From an uncultured candidate division Zixibacteria bacterium (GTDB taxonomy: Bacteria > Zixibacteria > MSB-5A5 > RBG-16-43-9), in the NCBI GenBank assembly GCA_963713865.1, contig OY970208.1, positions 2,112,001-2,176,000 on the forward strand: DNA of 64,000 nt, given 5' to 3'. Shown in pieces: positions 44,312 to 53,666 of this stretch. Both the position numbers and the translations under genes were made by a program. Numbering within the stretch: position 1 is the first letter of the stretch; each line of letters begins with the position of its first letter. A model generated the notes under the pieces. That model was not told the origin of the DNA. It ran no database searches and saw only the letters and a program-made list of their open reading frames with translations.

Positions 44312-44858
44312 TTTTAGCTCCTTTCATTATACCATAAGCTTTTTCAACTGCTGCTACATTTTTCTTCCCCAGCTCACCAGGAAATCGTTCCATAACGCTT
44401 CTTTTGATAGCCTCAAGGGAGATAAGGCCAGTTGCTCCGGCAAAAGCTCCCATCAATGTTGTATTCTGAATAGGCCTTCCTAAGATTTCCATGGCGATTT
44501 TTGATGCGGGAATAGTTAAAACTTTAGCTTTGGTCTTCAAGCCTACTTCTTCTGGACTTTTCTCTGTATCGACGATAACCAATCCATTTACCTTAAGGCC
44601 CTTCAGTAGATCGACCGCACCTATGAGTGTATAATCCTGAATAATCAGGAAATCCGGCTCGTAGATCTGGTTTCTGGCTCTGACCTTATGGTCTGCAATC
44701 CGCACAAATGATTGTACTGGTGCACCCATCCTCTCGCTGGTAAAGGTAGGAAAGGCTTGAGCATATTTGCCATCCTCAAAAGCAGCTACTGCCAGAAGCT
44801 CAGCCGCGGTAACCACACCTTGACCTCCTCTACCATGTATCCTAATCTCTTTTAACAT
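44304..44858 (-). CDS. porG: Oxidoreductase gamma subunit
   Basis: EIRIHGRGGQGVVT, ERMGAPV. Confidence 0.9.
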   Translation of the reverse strand: MLKEIRIHGRGGQGVVTAAELLAVAAFEDGKYAQAFPTFTSERMGAPVQSFVRIADHKVRARNQIYEPDFLIIQDYTLIGAVDLLKGLKVNGLVIVDTEKSPEEVGLKTKAKVLTIPASKIAMEILGRPIQNTTLMGAFAGATGLISLEAIKRSVMERFPGELGKKNVAAVEKAYGIMKGAKNA

Positions 44859-45039
44859 ATACCTCCTTTAAAGAATCAATTAAATTTATACGCTTTTTCT
44901 TCGTTTCAATTTGCTTTACTTCTAAGTCTTATATCTTTTAGAGTTTACTTGTCGAAATTTCCAGTCTTTTGAACTCTTCTTTAAACCCTTGAGCTCTTAA
45001 ACCTTTGAATTTTTAAACCTTTCTTAACGTTCACGTCTT

Positions 45040-45594
45040 TTACATTCTCGGGAGAGTGATCTTCTTCTGAGCCTGATATTTCCCTTTTTTATCCTTATAA
45101 GAAACTTCACACTCCTCATCCGCTTCAAGAAAGATTATCTGGGCGATCCCTTCATTGGCATAGATCTTGGCTGGCAGGGGTGTGGTATTGGAAATCTCCA
45201 AGGTGGCATACCCCTCCCATTCTGGTTCAAATGGGGTAACGTTTACAATTATACCACAGCGGGCATAAGTAGATTTTCCTAAACAGATTGTCAAAATGTT
45301 ACGGGGAATCTTGAAATATTCAACTGTCCGGGCAAGAATAAAGGAATTGGGGGGGATAATACAGTAATTCCCCTTTACATCAATTAAAGAACGGGGATCG
45401 AATCTTTTAGGGTCAACTATGGTAGTATTGGTATTGGTGAAGACTTTAAATTCATCTGCCACTCTTATATCATAACCATAAGAAGATAAACCATAGGAGA
45501 TCTTTTTTCTGGAAATCTGCCTTTTAGAAAAAGGTTTTATCATATCATATTTTAAAGCCATTTTTCTTATCCATCTATCCGATTTAATAGACAT
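45040..45594 (-). CDS. dcd: dCTP deaminase
   Basis: [32 protein letters not shown]. Confidence 0.96.
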   Translation of the reverse strand: MSIKSDRWIRKMALKYDMIKPFSKRQISRKKISYGLSSYGYDIRVADEFKVFTNTNTTIVDPKRFDPRSLIDVKGNYCIIPPNSFILARTVEYFKIPRNILTICLGKSTYARCGIIVNVTPFEPEWEGYATLEISNTTPLPAKIYANEGIAQIIFLEADEECEVSYKDKKGKYQAQKKITLPRM

Positions 45595-45660
45595 AAAAAT
45601 ACCCCTTTAATCTCTTTTATTTATGAAATGAAAAAAAAAGAATTCGTACTATTATAAAAA

Positions 45661-46063
45661 TCAGGTAGAGATCAGGTCTGCTAAGGTTTTTTTAGCTAAA
45701 AGATTGTTTAGATAATCCTGGGCTTTAACCCAGACTTTCCTTAATGAGCAGGTATCTTTTCTCTCACAGGGATCTGCATCATTCATACATCTGGTTAAAT
45801 AGATTGGACCCTGCACGCTCTCTAAAACATCTTTGACGGTAATCTTGTCTGGCGGTTTAGCCAGTGAGAATCCGCCTCTAGCACCACGATGTGATTGTAC
45901 TAAACCAGAACCTGGTGTAGCCCTGAAAGATCTTGGCTAAGAATTTCTCGGGAATATCCTCATTTTCGGAGATTTCCGACAGACGAACTATCCTTTTTGC
46001 GGGCTGTTGAGCTAAATATAAGATACCCAGAAAACCATAATCTCCTGCTTTGGTCAATTCCAT
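45661..46063 (-). CDS. Rrf2-family transcriptional regulator, apparent +1 frameshift at 45905-45911
   Basis: MELTKAGDYG...IPEKFLAKIFQ, then shifted frame SGLVQSHRGARGGFSLAKP...C..C..C to TGA at 45661. Confidence 0.88.
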
Positions 46064-46093
46064 AATAACCTGCCTTTTAAGTTAAAAAGACTA

Positions 46094-46138
46094 TTACTAT
46101 CTACAAAGTTAAGATAGTAACTTATTTGATTCTGTCAA
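46094..46138 (-). promoter_or_regulatory. Rrf2 promoter with overlapping inverted repeat (candidate operator)
   Basis: TTGACA-16 nt-TATCTT; TTACTATCT-N9-AGATAGTAA covers the -10. Confidence 0.6.
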
Positions 46139-46262
46139 TAAAAATCTTTGAGAATTTGTTACTTTTTTCACAAACAAAATAAGGCTAACTTAGTCTTTAT
46201 TATTATTAATCAATAACTTACAAAGACAAAGCCCAGTGTATAACATTAAGATACATATAGGT

Positions 46263-47762
46263 TTATCTTTTATCCCAATTTCTCAGGAATTCTAAAAACA
46301 ATCGGACTCCAAAACCAACCGGGCCTTTAGGTATATAAGGCTTACTTTTTTCCTCCCAGTCTCTACCAGCAATATCTAAATGTGCCCAGGGAGTTTTTCC
46401 TATAAACTTCTTTAAAAAAGCGGCTGCCGTTATTGTTCCTGCAGGTCTGCCACCTGAATTTTTCATATCTGCTAAATCACTCTTTATCTGCTCATCATAT
46501 TCCTCATGCAAAGGTAATTCCCAGACCTTTTCCCCGGTTTTTTCTGCTGACCTTTTCACTTTATTTAACAGCCTCTGGTCATTACCCAAAAGACCAGCCA
46601 CTACATTCCCTAAAGCGATCACACAGGCACCGGTTAAAGTTGCTATATCTAAAATCGCTTTAGGTTCATATTTCTGGGCATAAGCTAAAGCATCTGCCAG
46701 GATCAAACGCCCTTCAGCATCAGTTGAGATTATCTCAATCGTCTTGCCAGAGTATGATTTGATTATATCCCCTGGCTTATAAGCTGTTCCGGAGGGCAGG
46801 TTTTCTGTGGCCGGGACCAACCCTATCAGATGAACCGGAATACCTTCTCTGGCTGCACAAGCCATTGTTGCTATCACTGCGGCACCACCTGCCATATCCC
46901 CCTTCATCTCCCACATTCCATCTGATGGCTTTATAGATATCCCGCCAGAATCAAAAGTTATGGCTTTGCCAACTAAGACTATTGTACCCTTTCTCTTTTT
47001 CTCCGGCATATGCTCCATAACAATAAATTTAGCTGGCTGCTGGCTCCCTTGTGCCACAGCTAAAAGAGCCCCGAATTTTAGCTTTTCCAAATCAGCAGGG
47101 GATAAGACTTCACATCTGAATTTATATTCTTTGGAAAGATTTAAAGCGATTTCAGCCATCTTGCCTGGAGTCATCACATTACTCGGATGGTCCACCATAT
47201 TCCGTGCTAAATTAGTTCCCCAGGAGTTTATCTCACCGGTTTTCATCCCTTTTTCGATAACATTCTTTTTTGTTTTATCTTCTTCAAAGATGGTCATACT
47301 ATCGACTTCAAACAGCTCCTCTTTACCTTCGGTTTTATACTGGGCCAGATGATAAGAAGAAAGCAAAGTCCCCTCAGTCAGGGCTTGGGCAGATGATTGA
47401 AAATCGATCCCTTTCTGCCCTCTGCCATAAAGACAGCTTACGTAGTTTTTTATCTTTAGCTCCTTAACTTTTTTATAAACCGTACCTGCCGCTTGTCTGA
47501 TCTTGTCCAGTTCAAACTTCTCCCTTTTACCCAGCCCAACCAGGATAACCCTCTTCATTACAAAACTCTTAGGATACAGAACAGCAGTTTGGTTCAGCTT
47601 TGCAGTGAAATCACCGCTTTTCAGAAGTTGAGAGATTGCTCCCTCTAACTTTTTATCTAAAACCTTAGCTTCTTTAGCTAGTCCCTGTCCTTCAAAAATT
47701 CCTAAAGCCAGAGCTTCAGCTTTTGGCTCTTCCATCTTCCCTAATTTAAGCTCAACTTTCAT
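46263..47762 (-). CDS. pepA: Leucyl aminopeptidase (M17)
   Basis: VGKAITFDSGG, MKGDMAG, TDAEGRL, ATLTGA, HLDIAG. Confidence 0.95.
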   Translation of the reverse strand: MKVELKLGKMEEPKAEALALGIFEGQGLAKEAKVLDKKLEGAISQLLKSGDFTAKLNQTAVLYPKSFVMKRVILVGLGKREKFELDKIRQAAGTVYKKVKELKIKNYVSCLYGRGQKGIDFQSSAQALTEGTLLSSYHLAQYKTEGKEELFEVDSMTIFEEDKTKKNVIEKGMKTGEINSWGTNLARNMVDHPSNVMTPGKMAEIALNLSKEYKFRCEVLSPADLEKLKFGALLAVAQGSQQPAKFIVMEHMPEKKRKGTIVLVGKAITFDSGGISIKPSDGMWEMKGDMAGGAAVIATMACAAREGIPVHLIGLVPATENLPSGTAYKPGDIIKSYSGKTIEIISTDAEGRLILADALAYAQKYEPKAILDIATLTGACVIALGNVVAGLLGNDQRLLNKVKRSAEKTGEKVWELPLHEEYDEQIKSDLADMKNSGGRPAGTITAAAFLKKFIGKTPWAHLDIAGRDWEEKSKPYIPKGPVGFGVRLFLEFLRNWDKR

Positions 47763-47801
47763 TTTAAACTCCTTTTGAAGTTGGTTTTTAACCTGGGTAA
47801 A

Positions 47802-47830
47802 ATTATAATAGATAAGAAAAAGATAAGCAA
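47802..47830 (-). promoter_or_regulatory. Probable pepA promoter
   Basis: TTGCTT-17 nt-TATAAT. Confidence 0.55.
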
Positions 47831-47857
47831 GGAATATTTGAATACTGATTGAAAGGT

Positions 47858-48177
47858 GTAGGGGTTCAAAATTTTGAAATCCTACAAAAAAATCCTGTCA
47901 TAAACGTCGAGACGCATTGCATGCGTCTATACTAATTATTATGGAGTGCATCAGCTTGCTGATGTTCCTTAAATGCAATTATGATGACTCGGGAATAGTC
48001 TCTAGATCCCCTATGGGGAAAATTCTCAAAACTAATCAGTATCGGCATTCCCTAATGCTGACGCACCAACATGGCATCCGTAGGATGCACTCCACTCCAA
48101 AAAACTGTAGGGGCACATTGTCCCGTCATCGGCGGGATGCCCTCCTCTAAACTCCTAACTAACAAACTCTAAACTGT
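47858..48177. repeat. Composite cluster of GTAG/GGAG REPs, small hairpins and octamer repeats
   Basis: GTAGGGGTTCAAAATTTTGAAATCCTAC; AGACGCATTGCATGCGTCT; GGAGTGCATC...GATGCACTCC; GTAGGGGCAC[TCCCG hairpin]TGCCC. Confidence 0.8.
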
Positions 48178-48179
48178 TT

Positions 48180-49721
48180 TCAAATACACGGTGCCGGTCC
48201 AAACTTGAAAAGATAATTGATTAAATAAACTATATCGCCAAGCGATACTTTCCCATCACAATTTGTATCTCCAGTCTGAATCGGTTCAGGTGCAGGACCA
48301 AATTTGAAAAGATAGTTTATCAGATAAACTATGTCTGAAAGACTTACCTTTTTATCACTGTTAGCATCCCCGCGCAGAAACTGGACATACTTGATCGTGA
48401 GAAAGTCATAATCAGTGTTACCGAAGCTTCCACCGGTTACGTAGACACTACCTTTGTCATCGAGAGCTATGGCATAAGCCTTATCGCTATCACTGGCTGG
48501 TCCATCATATATTTGTTGCCAGAGCAGATTTCCAGTTGAATCATATTTTAAGGTAGCATAGTCCCACCTGGGTGGGTCGCCAGTACATATAGTAAAACCT
48601 GTGACGTAGGTGTTACCCTTATGGTCTATTGCTAAGTCAAAAGCATTATCCCCGCACCCTGGTGGTCGATTGTATCTTCTCACCCAGGCGGTATCCCCAT
48701 TGGGGTAATATTTTATGGTAGCGAAGTCATGGCTGGTGGTGGCATCGCCCACACTCTGTCCGGTTACATAGGAATTACCTGAACTATCTACAGCTATGGA
48801 CATCACGACGTCAAAGCCATTCCCCGGTCCATTATATCTTTTATCCCAAAGCTTATTTCCTGAGGGATCATACTTTATAGTTAAATAGTCCAGAGCTGTC
48901 CCTATGCCGGTGCTTGCTCCAGTAACATAAACATTGCCTGAGCCATCGAGAGCTATTCTCAAGGCGCCATCCATAGAATCTCTCGGTCCGTTATATCTTC
49001 TAACCCAGCCAGTATCACCATTAGGCTTATATTTTATCGTGGCAATGTCATAATCGGTCCCGATACCGTAACTCCATCCGGTTACATAGACATTGCCGGA
49101 CGAGTCCACTACCAATGCTTCAGCAATATCCTGACCATTTCCAGATCCATTATACCTGCTTACCCAAAAGATGTCTCCGTTAGGGTAATACTTTACGGTA
49201 GCATAATCACCAGATGTCCCGCTCCCATTACTGTGTCCTGTCACATAAACATAACCAGAATCATCCACTGCCAAACCATAAGCCCAATCGTGCCCGTTTG
49301 CCAGACCGTTGTATCTTCTTACCCAGGCAGTGTCACCGCTAGGGGAATATTTGATAGTAGCATAATCATTGTCTGACACGCTGCTCTTACTTCCTCCCGT
49401 CACATATACATTACCGAAGCCATCTATCGCAATAGCTGAAGGCCAGTCACTGGCATTCCCTGGTCCGTTGTATCTCCTAACCCAAGCAGTATCTCCATTA
49501 GGAAAATATTTTATGGTGGCATAATCATCGTTAAGCCCACCACTCGAACTATTACCAGTCACATAGATATTGCCGGAATTATCTATAGTTATTGCCTGAG
49601 CTATATCTGTTGAGTTTCCAGGGCCATTATATCTTCTCACCCAGGCGGTGTCAACTGACTGAGCGAAAAGGGGTAAAGCTAAAAATAAAACCAAGAGGAA
49701 AGTTAAAAGCAATCTGGTCAT
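48180..49721 (-). CDS. Secreted beta-propeller (SBBP-like) repeat protein with C-terminal dockerin-like duplication
   Basis: Signal peptide; seven WVRRYNG...D.SGNVYVTG...DYATIKY-type repeats; two GD.N.D..V...D..YLINYLF..GP.P units. Confidence 0.9.
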   Translation of the reverse strand: MTRLLLTFLLVLFLALPLFAQSVDTAWVRRYNGPGNSTDIAQAITIDNSGNIYVTGNSSSGGLNDDYATIKYFPNGDTAWVRRYNGPGNASDWPSAIAIDGFGNVYVTGGSKSSVSDNDYATIKYSPSGDTAWVRRYNGLANGHDWAYGLAVDDSGYVYVTGHSNGSGTSGDYATVKYYPNGDIFWVSRYNGSGNGQDIAEALVVDSSGNVYVTGWSYGIGTDYDIATIKYKPNGDTGWVRRYNGPRDSMDGALRIALDGSGNVYVTGASTGIGTALDYLTIKYDPSGNKLWDKRYNGPGNGFDVVMSIAVDSSGNSYVTGQSVGDATTSHDFATIKYYPNGDTAWVRRYNRPPGCGDNAFDLAIDHKGNTYVTGFTICTGDPPRWDYATLKYDSTGNLLWQQIYDGPASDSDKAYAIALDDKGSVYVTGGSFGNTDYDFLTIKYVQFLRGDANSDKKVSLSDIVYLINYLFKFGPAPEPIQTGDTNCDGKVSLGDIVYLINYLFKFGPAPCI

Positions 49722-49769
49722 AAATCCTCCTTTTTTAAAAGAGCGGTTAGGTTCGTTATTTTCAAAATT

Positions 49770-49797
49770 AATATAAGTAGTTTTTTTGATTTTGCAA
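49770..49797 (-). promoter_or_regulatory. Probable promoter of the beta-propeller gene
   Basis: TTGCAA-16 nt-TATATT. Confidence 0.5.
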
Positions 49798-49878
49798 AGG
49801 GTTTTTTTATTAAAGGGAGATGTTAAATGGAAAACGTGAGACGAAAGAAGAGTTCAAAGACTCGAAGGTCCAGAGCAT

Positions 49879-50114
49879 AACCTCACCCTAAACCGTAATC
49901 CCACCTTGCGAGCAAGGTCGGGGGATTTAAGCGTAGAGACGCATCGCATGCATCTCTGCAAATATCTCGACCCAGGTTGAGGGCAACCTGGGTCTACCGA
50001 TCGTACTACGAATCGGTAACCCCACCTCGCCTACAAAGTGGGATTTTATGTTGTAGTGCGTCCCGCTGTTAGCGGGATTAACCTCGCCAAAGCGAACCTG
50101 AAGGTTCGTACTAT
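49879..50114. repeat. Composite repeat cluster downstream of nuoN
   Basis: AACCTCACCCT fragment, GTAGAGACGCATCGCATGCATCTCT, GACCCAGGTTG..CAACCTGGGTCTAC, GTAGTGCG[TCCCGC hairpin]..GCGAACCTGAAGGTTCGTACTAT. Confidence 0.8.
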
Positions 50115-50121
50115 GAAAAAA

Positions 50122-51583
50122 TTAAAAAATCGAATAGTAGGCTAAATCTAAGAGGGGTTGAGGGAAGATACCGAAAGCTAAAACTCCTATTCCTGCAAGA
50201 AATATCACAAGCCCCAAAGAGAAAGGTATCGAAACTGGTTTTAACTCTTTCTCTGCTGGTTTCATAAACATATAGACAATAACTCTTAAATAATAATAAA
50301 CCGAGATAAAACTATTTATCACCGCGATTATCACCAATCCCAAATATCCAGAACTTTACCGCAGAACTGAAGATATAAAATTTACCTAAGAATCCCGCAG
50401 TTGGTGGGAAACCTGCTAAAGAAAACATAAAGATAGCCATAAAAACGCCTAAGAACGGATTTTTCAAACCTGCACCAGCATATTCCTTGAAAAGGTCAGT
50501 CCCTTCTTTCTCTTTTGAGCCCATTGAGATAATCACCGCAAAAGCACCCAGGTTCATCAAAACATAAACAAACAGATAAAACATAACAGATGAAATAGCA
50601 GTATTCCCTCCTGCCACCAGAGCAATTAGAATATATCCTACATGAGCAATGGAAGAATAAGCCAAAAGTCTTTTTAAATTGGTTTGCCATAAAGCTAAAA
50701 GATTTCCAGTGGTCATAGAGAGGACCGATAAAATCCAGAAAACCATAGTCCAGTCAGGCTTGATCGAAGAAAAAGCTAAAAGGAAAACTCTTAATAAAAC
50801 CGTAAACCCGGCTGCCTTGGGACCGGCGGAGATGAAACCGGCAACCGGTGTCGGAGCACCCTCGAAAACATCCGGCATCCACATATGAAAAGGAACCGAG
50901 GCGATTTTAAACCCGAACCCGACTATCAAAAGCCCTATGCCGGCGAAAAGGAGAAAGTCTTTTCCTCCGCCTGAGACAGCTTGTGTAAAAGGAACTAAAA
51001 ATATTATCTTTTCTAAATTGGTAGTGCCCAAACTTCCGTAAATTAAAGCGATCCCGTATAAAAGAAAACCGGTAGCAAAAGCACCCATCAGGAAGAACTT
51101 CATCGAGGCTTCATTCGACCTCAAATCCTTCTTTCTAAAACCGGATAGGATATAAAGCGAAACCGATACGATTTCCAATCCCAAGAATATCACTATAAGA
51201 TCAAGAGTAGAAGCCATCAGCATCATTCCCATTGTAGCAAAGAGAACTAAAGCGTAATAATCCCCTCTCACTAATTCTTCTCTTTTAAGATAGCTTAAGG
51301 AAAGAAGGATCACAAAGAAAGAGCTTAGAAGAAAAATAAAAGAGAAAAACAAAGCGAAATTATCTGCTAAAGCCATTCCCTTAAAAGCAATGAGCTGATA
51401 GTCATAAAGGTTGAAACAGAAAATGAAAGATATGACAATCCCGATCCAGGCAAGATGAGCTAAAATCCCTTTTTTATCCTTAGGTAGAAAAGCCTCCAAG
51501 AGCAAAAGGAGAAATCCGAAAACCGCTAAAGTGATTTCCGGCATGATCACATTCCAGTTAATTCCGATTGAACTCAAATCCAT
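50122..51583 (-). CDS. nuoN: NADH-quinone oxidoreductase subunit N, apparent +1 frameshift at 50348-50354
   Basis: GFKIASVPFHMW.PD, RLLAYSSIAH, SLAGFPP; C-terminus (NSFISVYYYLR) continues in the next frame. Confidence 0.92.
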
Positions 51584-51612
51584 ATTGTTTTTCTTTTTAA
51601 ATCAGTTTTAAT

Positions 51613-51735
51613 GTAGCGGAGGTCTTCAGACCTCCATTAATATGTGGAAGGCTGAAACCTTTCACTACATTCAACCTCTTCCTGTCCCTCTCCTTATAAA
51701 GGAGAGGGAACGTCGGGCATAAAGCCCGACGCTAC
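51613..51735. repeat. REP doublet, DUF559-type palindrome and REP in tandem
   Basis: 51613-51668; AACCTCTTCCTGTCCCTCTCCTTATAAAGGAGAGGGA at 51673-51709; 51711-51735. Confidence 0.85.
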
Positions 51736-51743
51736 TTTCCCAC

Positions 51744-51760
51744 TCTGACCCACGGTCAGA
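51744..51760 (-). promoter_or_regulatory. Candidate bacterial SECIS hairpin
   Basis: TCTGACC-GTG-GGTCAGA, apical G 19 nt downstream of the in-frame TGA. Confidence 0.65.
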
Positions 51761-51762
51761 AT

Positions 51763-51978
51763 TTAAAATCCTCATGCACCTCCGAATCCGACTGTTACTT
51801 TCCCATCCTCCACCATCACCGGCACAGCTTTTCTCTTAGCTAAATTCAATAACTCTTCCTGATATTCCGGATTCTTTATCACGTCAATCTCTTTATATTT
51901 GATCCCTTTTTTATCCAAATCCTCTTTCAAGGTTTTACAAAAAGGACATCCCTCTCTTATATAAATTGTAACCGCCAT
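51763..51978 (-). CDS. Glutaredoxin-like protein, probable Uxx-star selenoprotein (...GFGGA-U-G-F-stop)
   Basis: CPFC, VP, GFGG; TGA GGA TTT TAA followed by a SECIS-like hairpin. Confidence 0.78.
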
Positions 51979-52033
51979 AATCTCCTCCTTCCTTCCTATA
52001 ACCTATTACCTACCACCTATTACCTGTGAATTA

Positions 52034-53608
52034 TCATTTACAACCTTGAACCGACCCTGTTACCTCCATCATTTCACATTTATTAATGGATTCCTTTTCC
52101 ACCGAAGCTGATGAATTGGTTTTATCATTTACATACTCCAGCATACTCTTAACCGAAGGCTCTATCTTAGACAAAAACGGCTTGGGATAAAAGCCGATCC
52201 AGAAGATTAAAAGAACTATCGGTATTAAAATCAGCTTCTCCCTTAGATTCAAATCTATAAGTTTTTTGTTCTCCTCATTTTTTACTTCTTGGAACAAAAC
52301 TCTCTGAATCATCCAGAGCATATAGACTGCAGCTAAGATAATACCCACTGCTCCCAAAACCGCATAAACCGTTTTAGAATTAAAAGCTCCCAACAGGATT
52401 AAAAATTCACCTACGAATCCGTTGGTTCCGGGTAATCCGATAGAAGATAAAGTTACGATCATAAAGAAAGTCGCAAAAACTGGAACCACTTTGGCGATTC
52501 CACCATAATCCTCAATTAAGCGAGTATGCCTCCTCTCGTAGATCATCCCCACGATTAAGAACAATGCACCGGTGGAAATCCCATGATTTATCATCTGCAA
52601 AATCCCGCCCTCGATTCCCTGCATATTCAAAGCAAAAAGACCTAACATCACAAATCCAAGATGGCTCACGCTGGAAAAAGCCACTAAACTTTTTATATCC
52701 TTCTGCATAGTGGAGACTAAAGCTCCATATATTATTCCGATGATAGCCAGAATGGAGAAAAGAGGAACGAAATTCATAAAGGCATTCGGGAACAAAGGCA
52801 AGCAGAATCTCAAAAAACCGTATGTCCCCATTTTCAGTAATACACCTGCCAGAAGGACACTTCCGGCAGTTGGAGCTTCAACGTGTGCATCTGGAAGCCA
52901 GGTATGAAAAGGAAACATTGGCACTTTAATTGCAAAAGCCAATGCAAAAGCTAAAAATAGCCAGGTTTGAGCACCCAGGGGGATAGGGAGTTGTAAAATC
53001 TTTATAAGATCGAAACTGTATTCGCCCGTATAACTATAGTTCATAAAGTATAAAACCAGAATCGCCACCAGCATAAAGATACTGCCTAACATCGTGAACA
53101 GGACGAACTTGATAGTTGCATAGATTTTGCGTGGACCTCCCCAGATCCCGATCAGGAAATACATGGGAATGAGCATTGCTTCCCAGAAAACGTAGAATAA
53201 AAACAGGTCCAGGCTCACAAAAACACCGATCATACCTGCTTCTAGGAGAAGCATGGTGATCATATACCCCTTCACCTTATCCTGAATAGCGCTCCAGGAG
53301 AAAAGTATAGCTAATGGCGAAAGGAAAGTAGTAAGAAGAACCAGAAATAAACTTATCCCGTCTATACCTAAATGGAAGTTGATCCCTAAACTCTGAATCC
53401 AGATACGGTCGATCTCAAACTGGAAACCTGAATTACCTGTTTGAAAATTAAAATAAAGATAAAGAGATAATATGAAATTCAGAAAAGAGACAATAAAGGC
53501 AAACGATTTTATCGTTCCAACCTTTTCTCTACCAATTAAAAGAAGTAAAAGTCCGCCTACTAGCGGGATAAAAACCAAAAGTGTTAAGATATATCCTGAC
53601 ATATTCAT
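52034..53608 (-). CDS. nuoM: NADH-quinone oxidoreductase subunit M
   Basis: [31 protein letters not shown]. Confidence 0.96.
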   Translation of the reverse strand: MNMSGYILTLLVFIPLVGGLLLLLIGREKVGTIKSFAFIVSFLNFILSLYLYFNFQTGNSGFQFEIDRIWIQSLGINFHLGIDGISLFLVLLTTFLSPLAILFSWSAIQDKVKGYMITMLLLEAGMIGVFVSLDLFLFYVFWEAMLIPMYFLIGIWGGPRKIYATIKFVLFTMLGSIFMLVAILVLYFMNYSYTGEYSFDLIKILQLPIPLGAQTWLFLAFALAFAIKVPMFPFHTWLPDAHVEAPTAGSVLLAGVLLKMGTYGFLRFCLPLFPNAFMNFVPLFSILAIIGIIYGALVSTMQKDIKSLVAFSSVSHLGFVMLGLFALNMQGIEGGILQMINHGISTGALFLIVGMIYERRHTRLIEDYGGIAKVVPVFATFFMIVTLSSIGLPGTNGFVGEFLILLGAFNSKTVYAVLGAVGIILAAVYMLWMIQRVLFQEVKNEENKKLIDLNLREKLILIPIVLLIFWIGFYPKPFLSKIEPSVKSMLEYVNDKTNSSASVEKESINKCEMMEVTGSVQGCK

Positions 53609-53616
53609 CTCGAGAT

Positions 53617-53653
53617 AACCTCACCCTGACCCTCTCCTTATAAAGGAGAGGGG
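53617..53653. repeat. Solo DUF559-type palindrome
   Basis: AACCTCACCCTGACCCTCTCCTTATAAAGGAGAGGGG. Confidence 0.85.
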
Positions 53654-53666
53654 AAAATAATCATAA

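Noticed and set aside
47917-48150. 77-aa plus-strand ORF
   Set aside because: Composed of REP and hairpin sequence, with no recognisable protein features.
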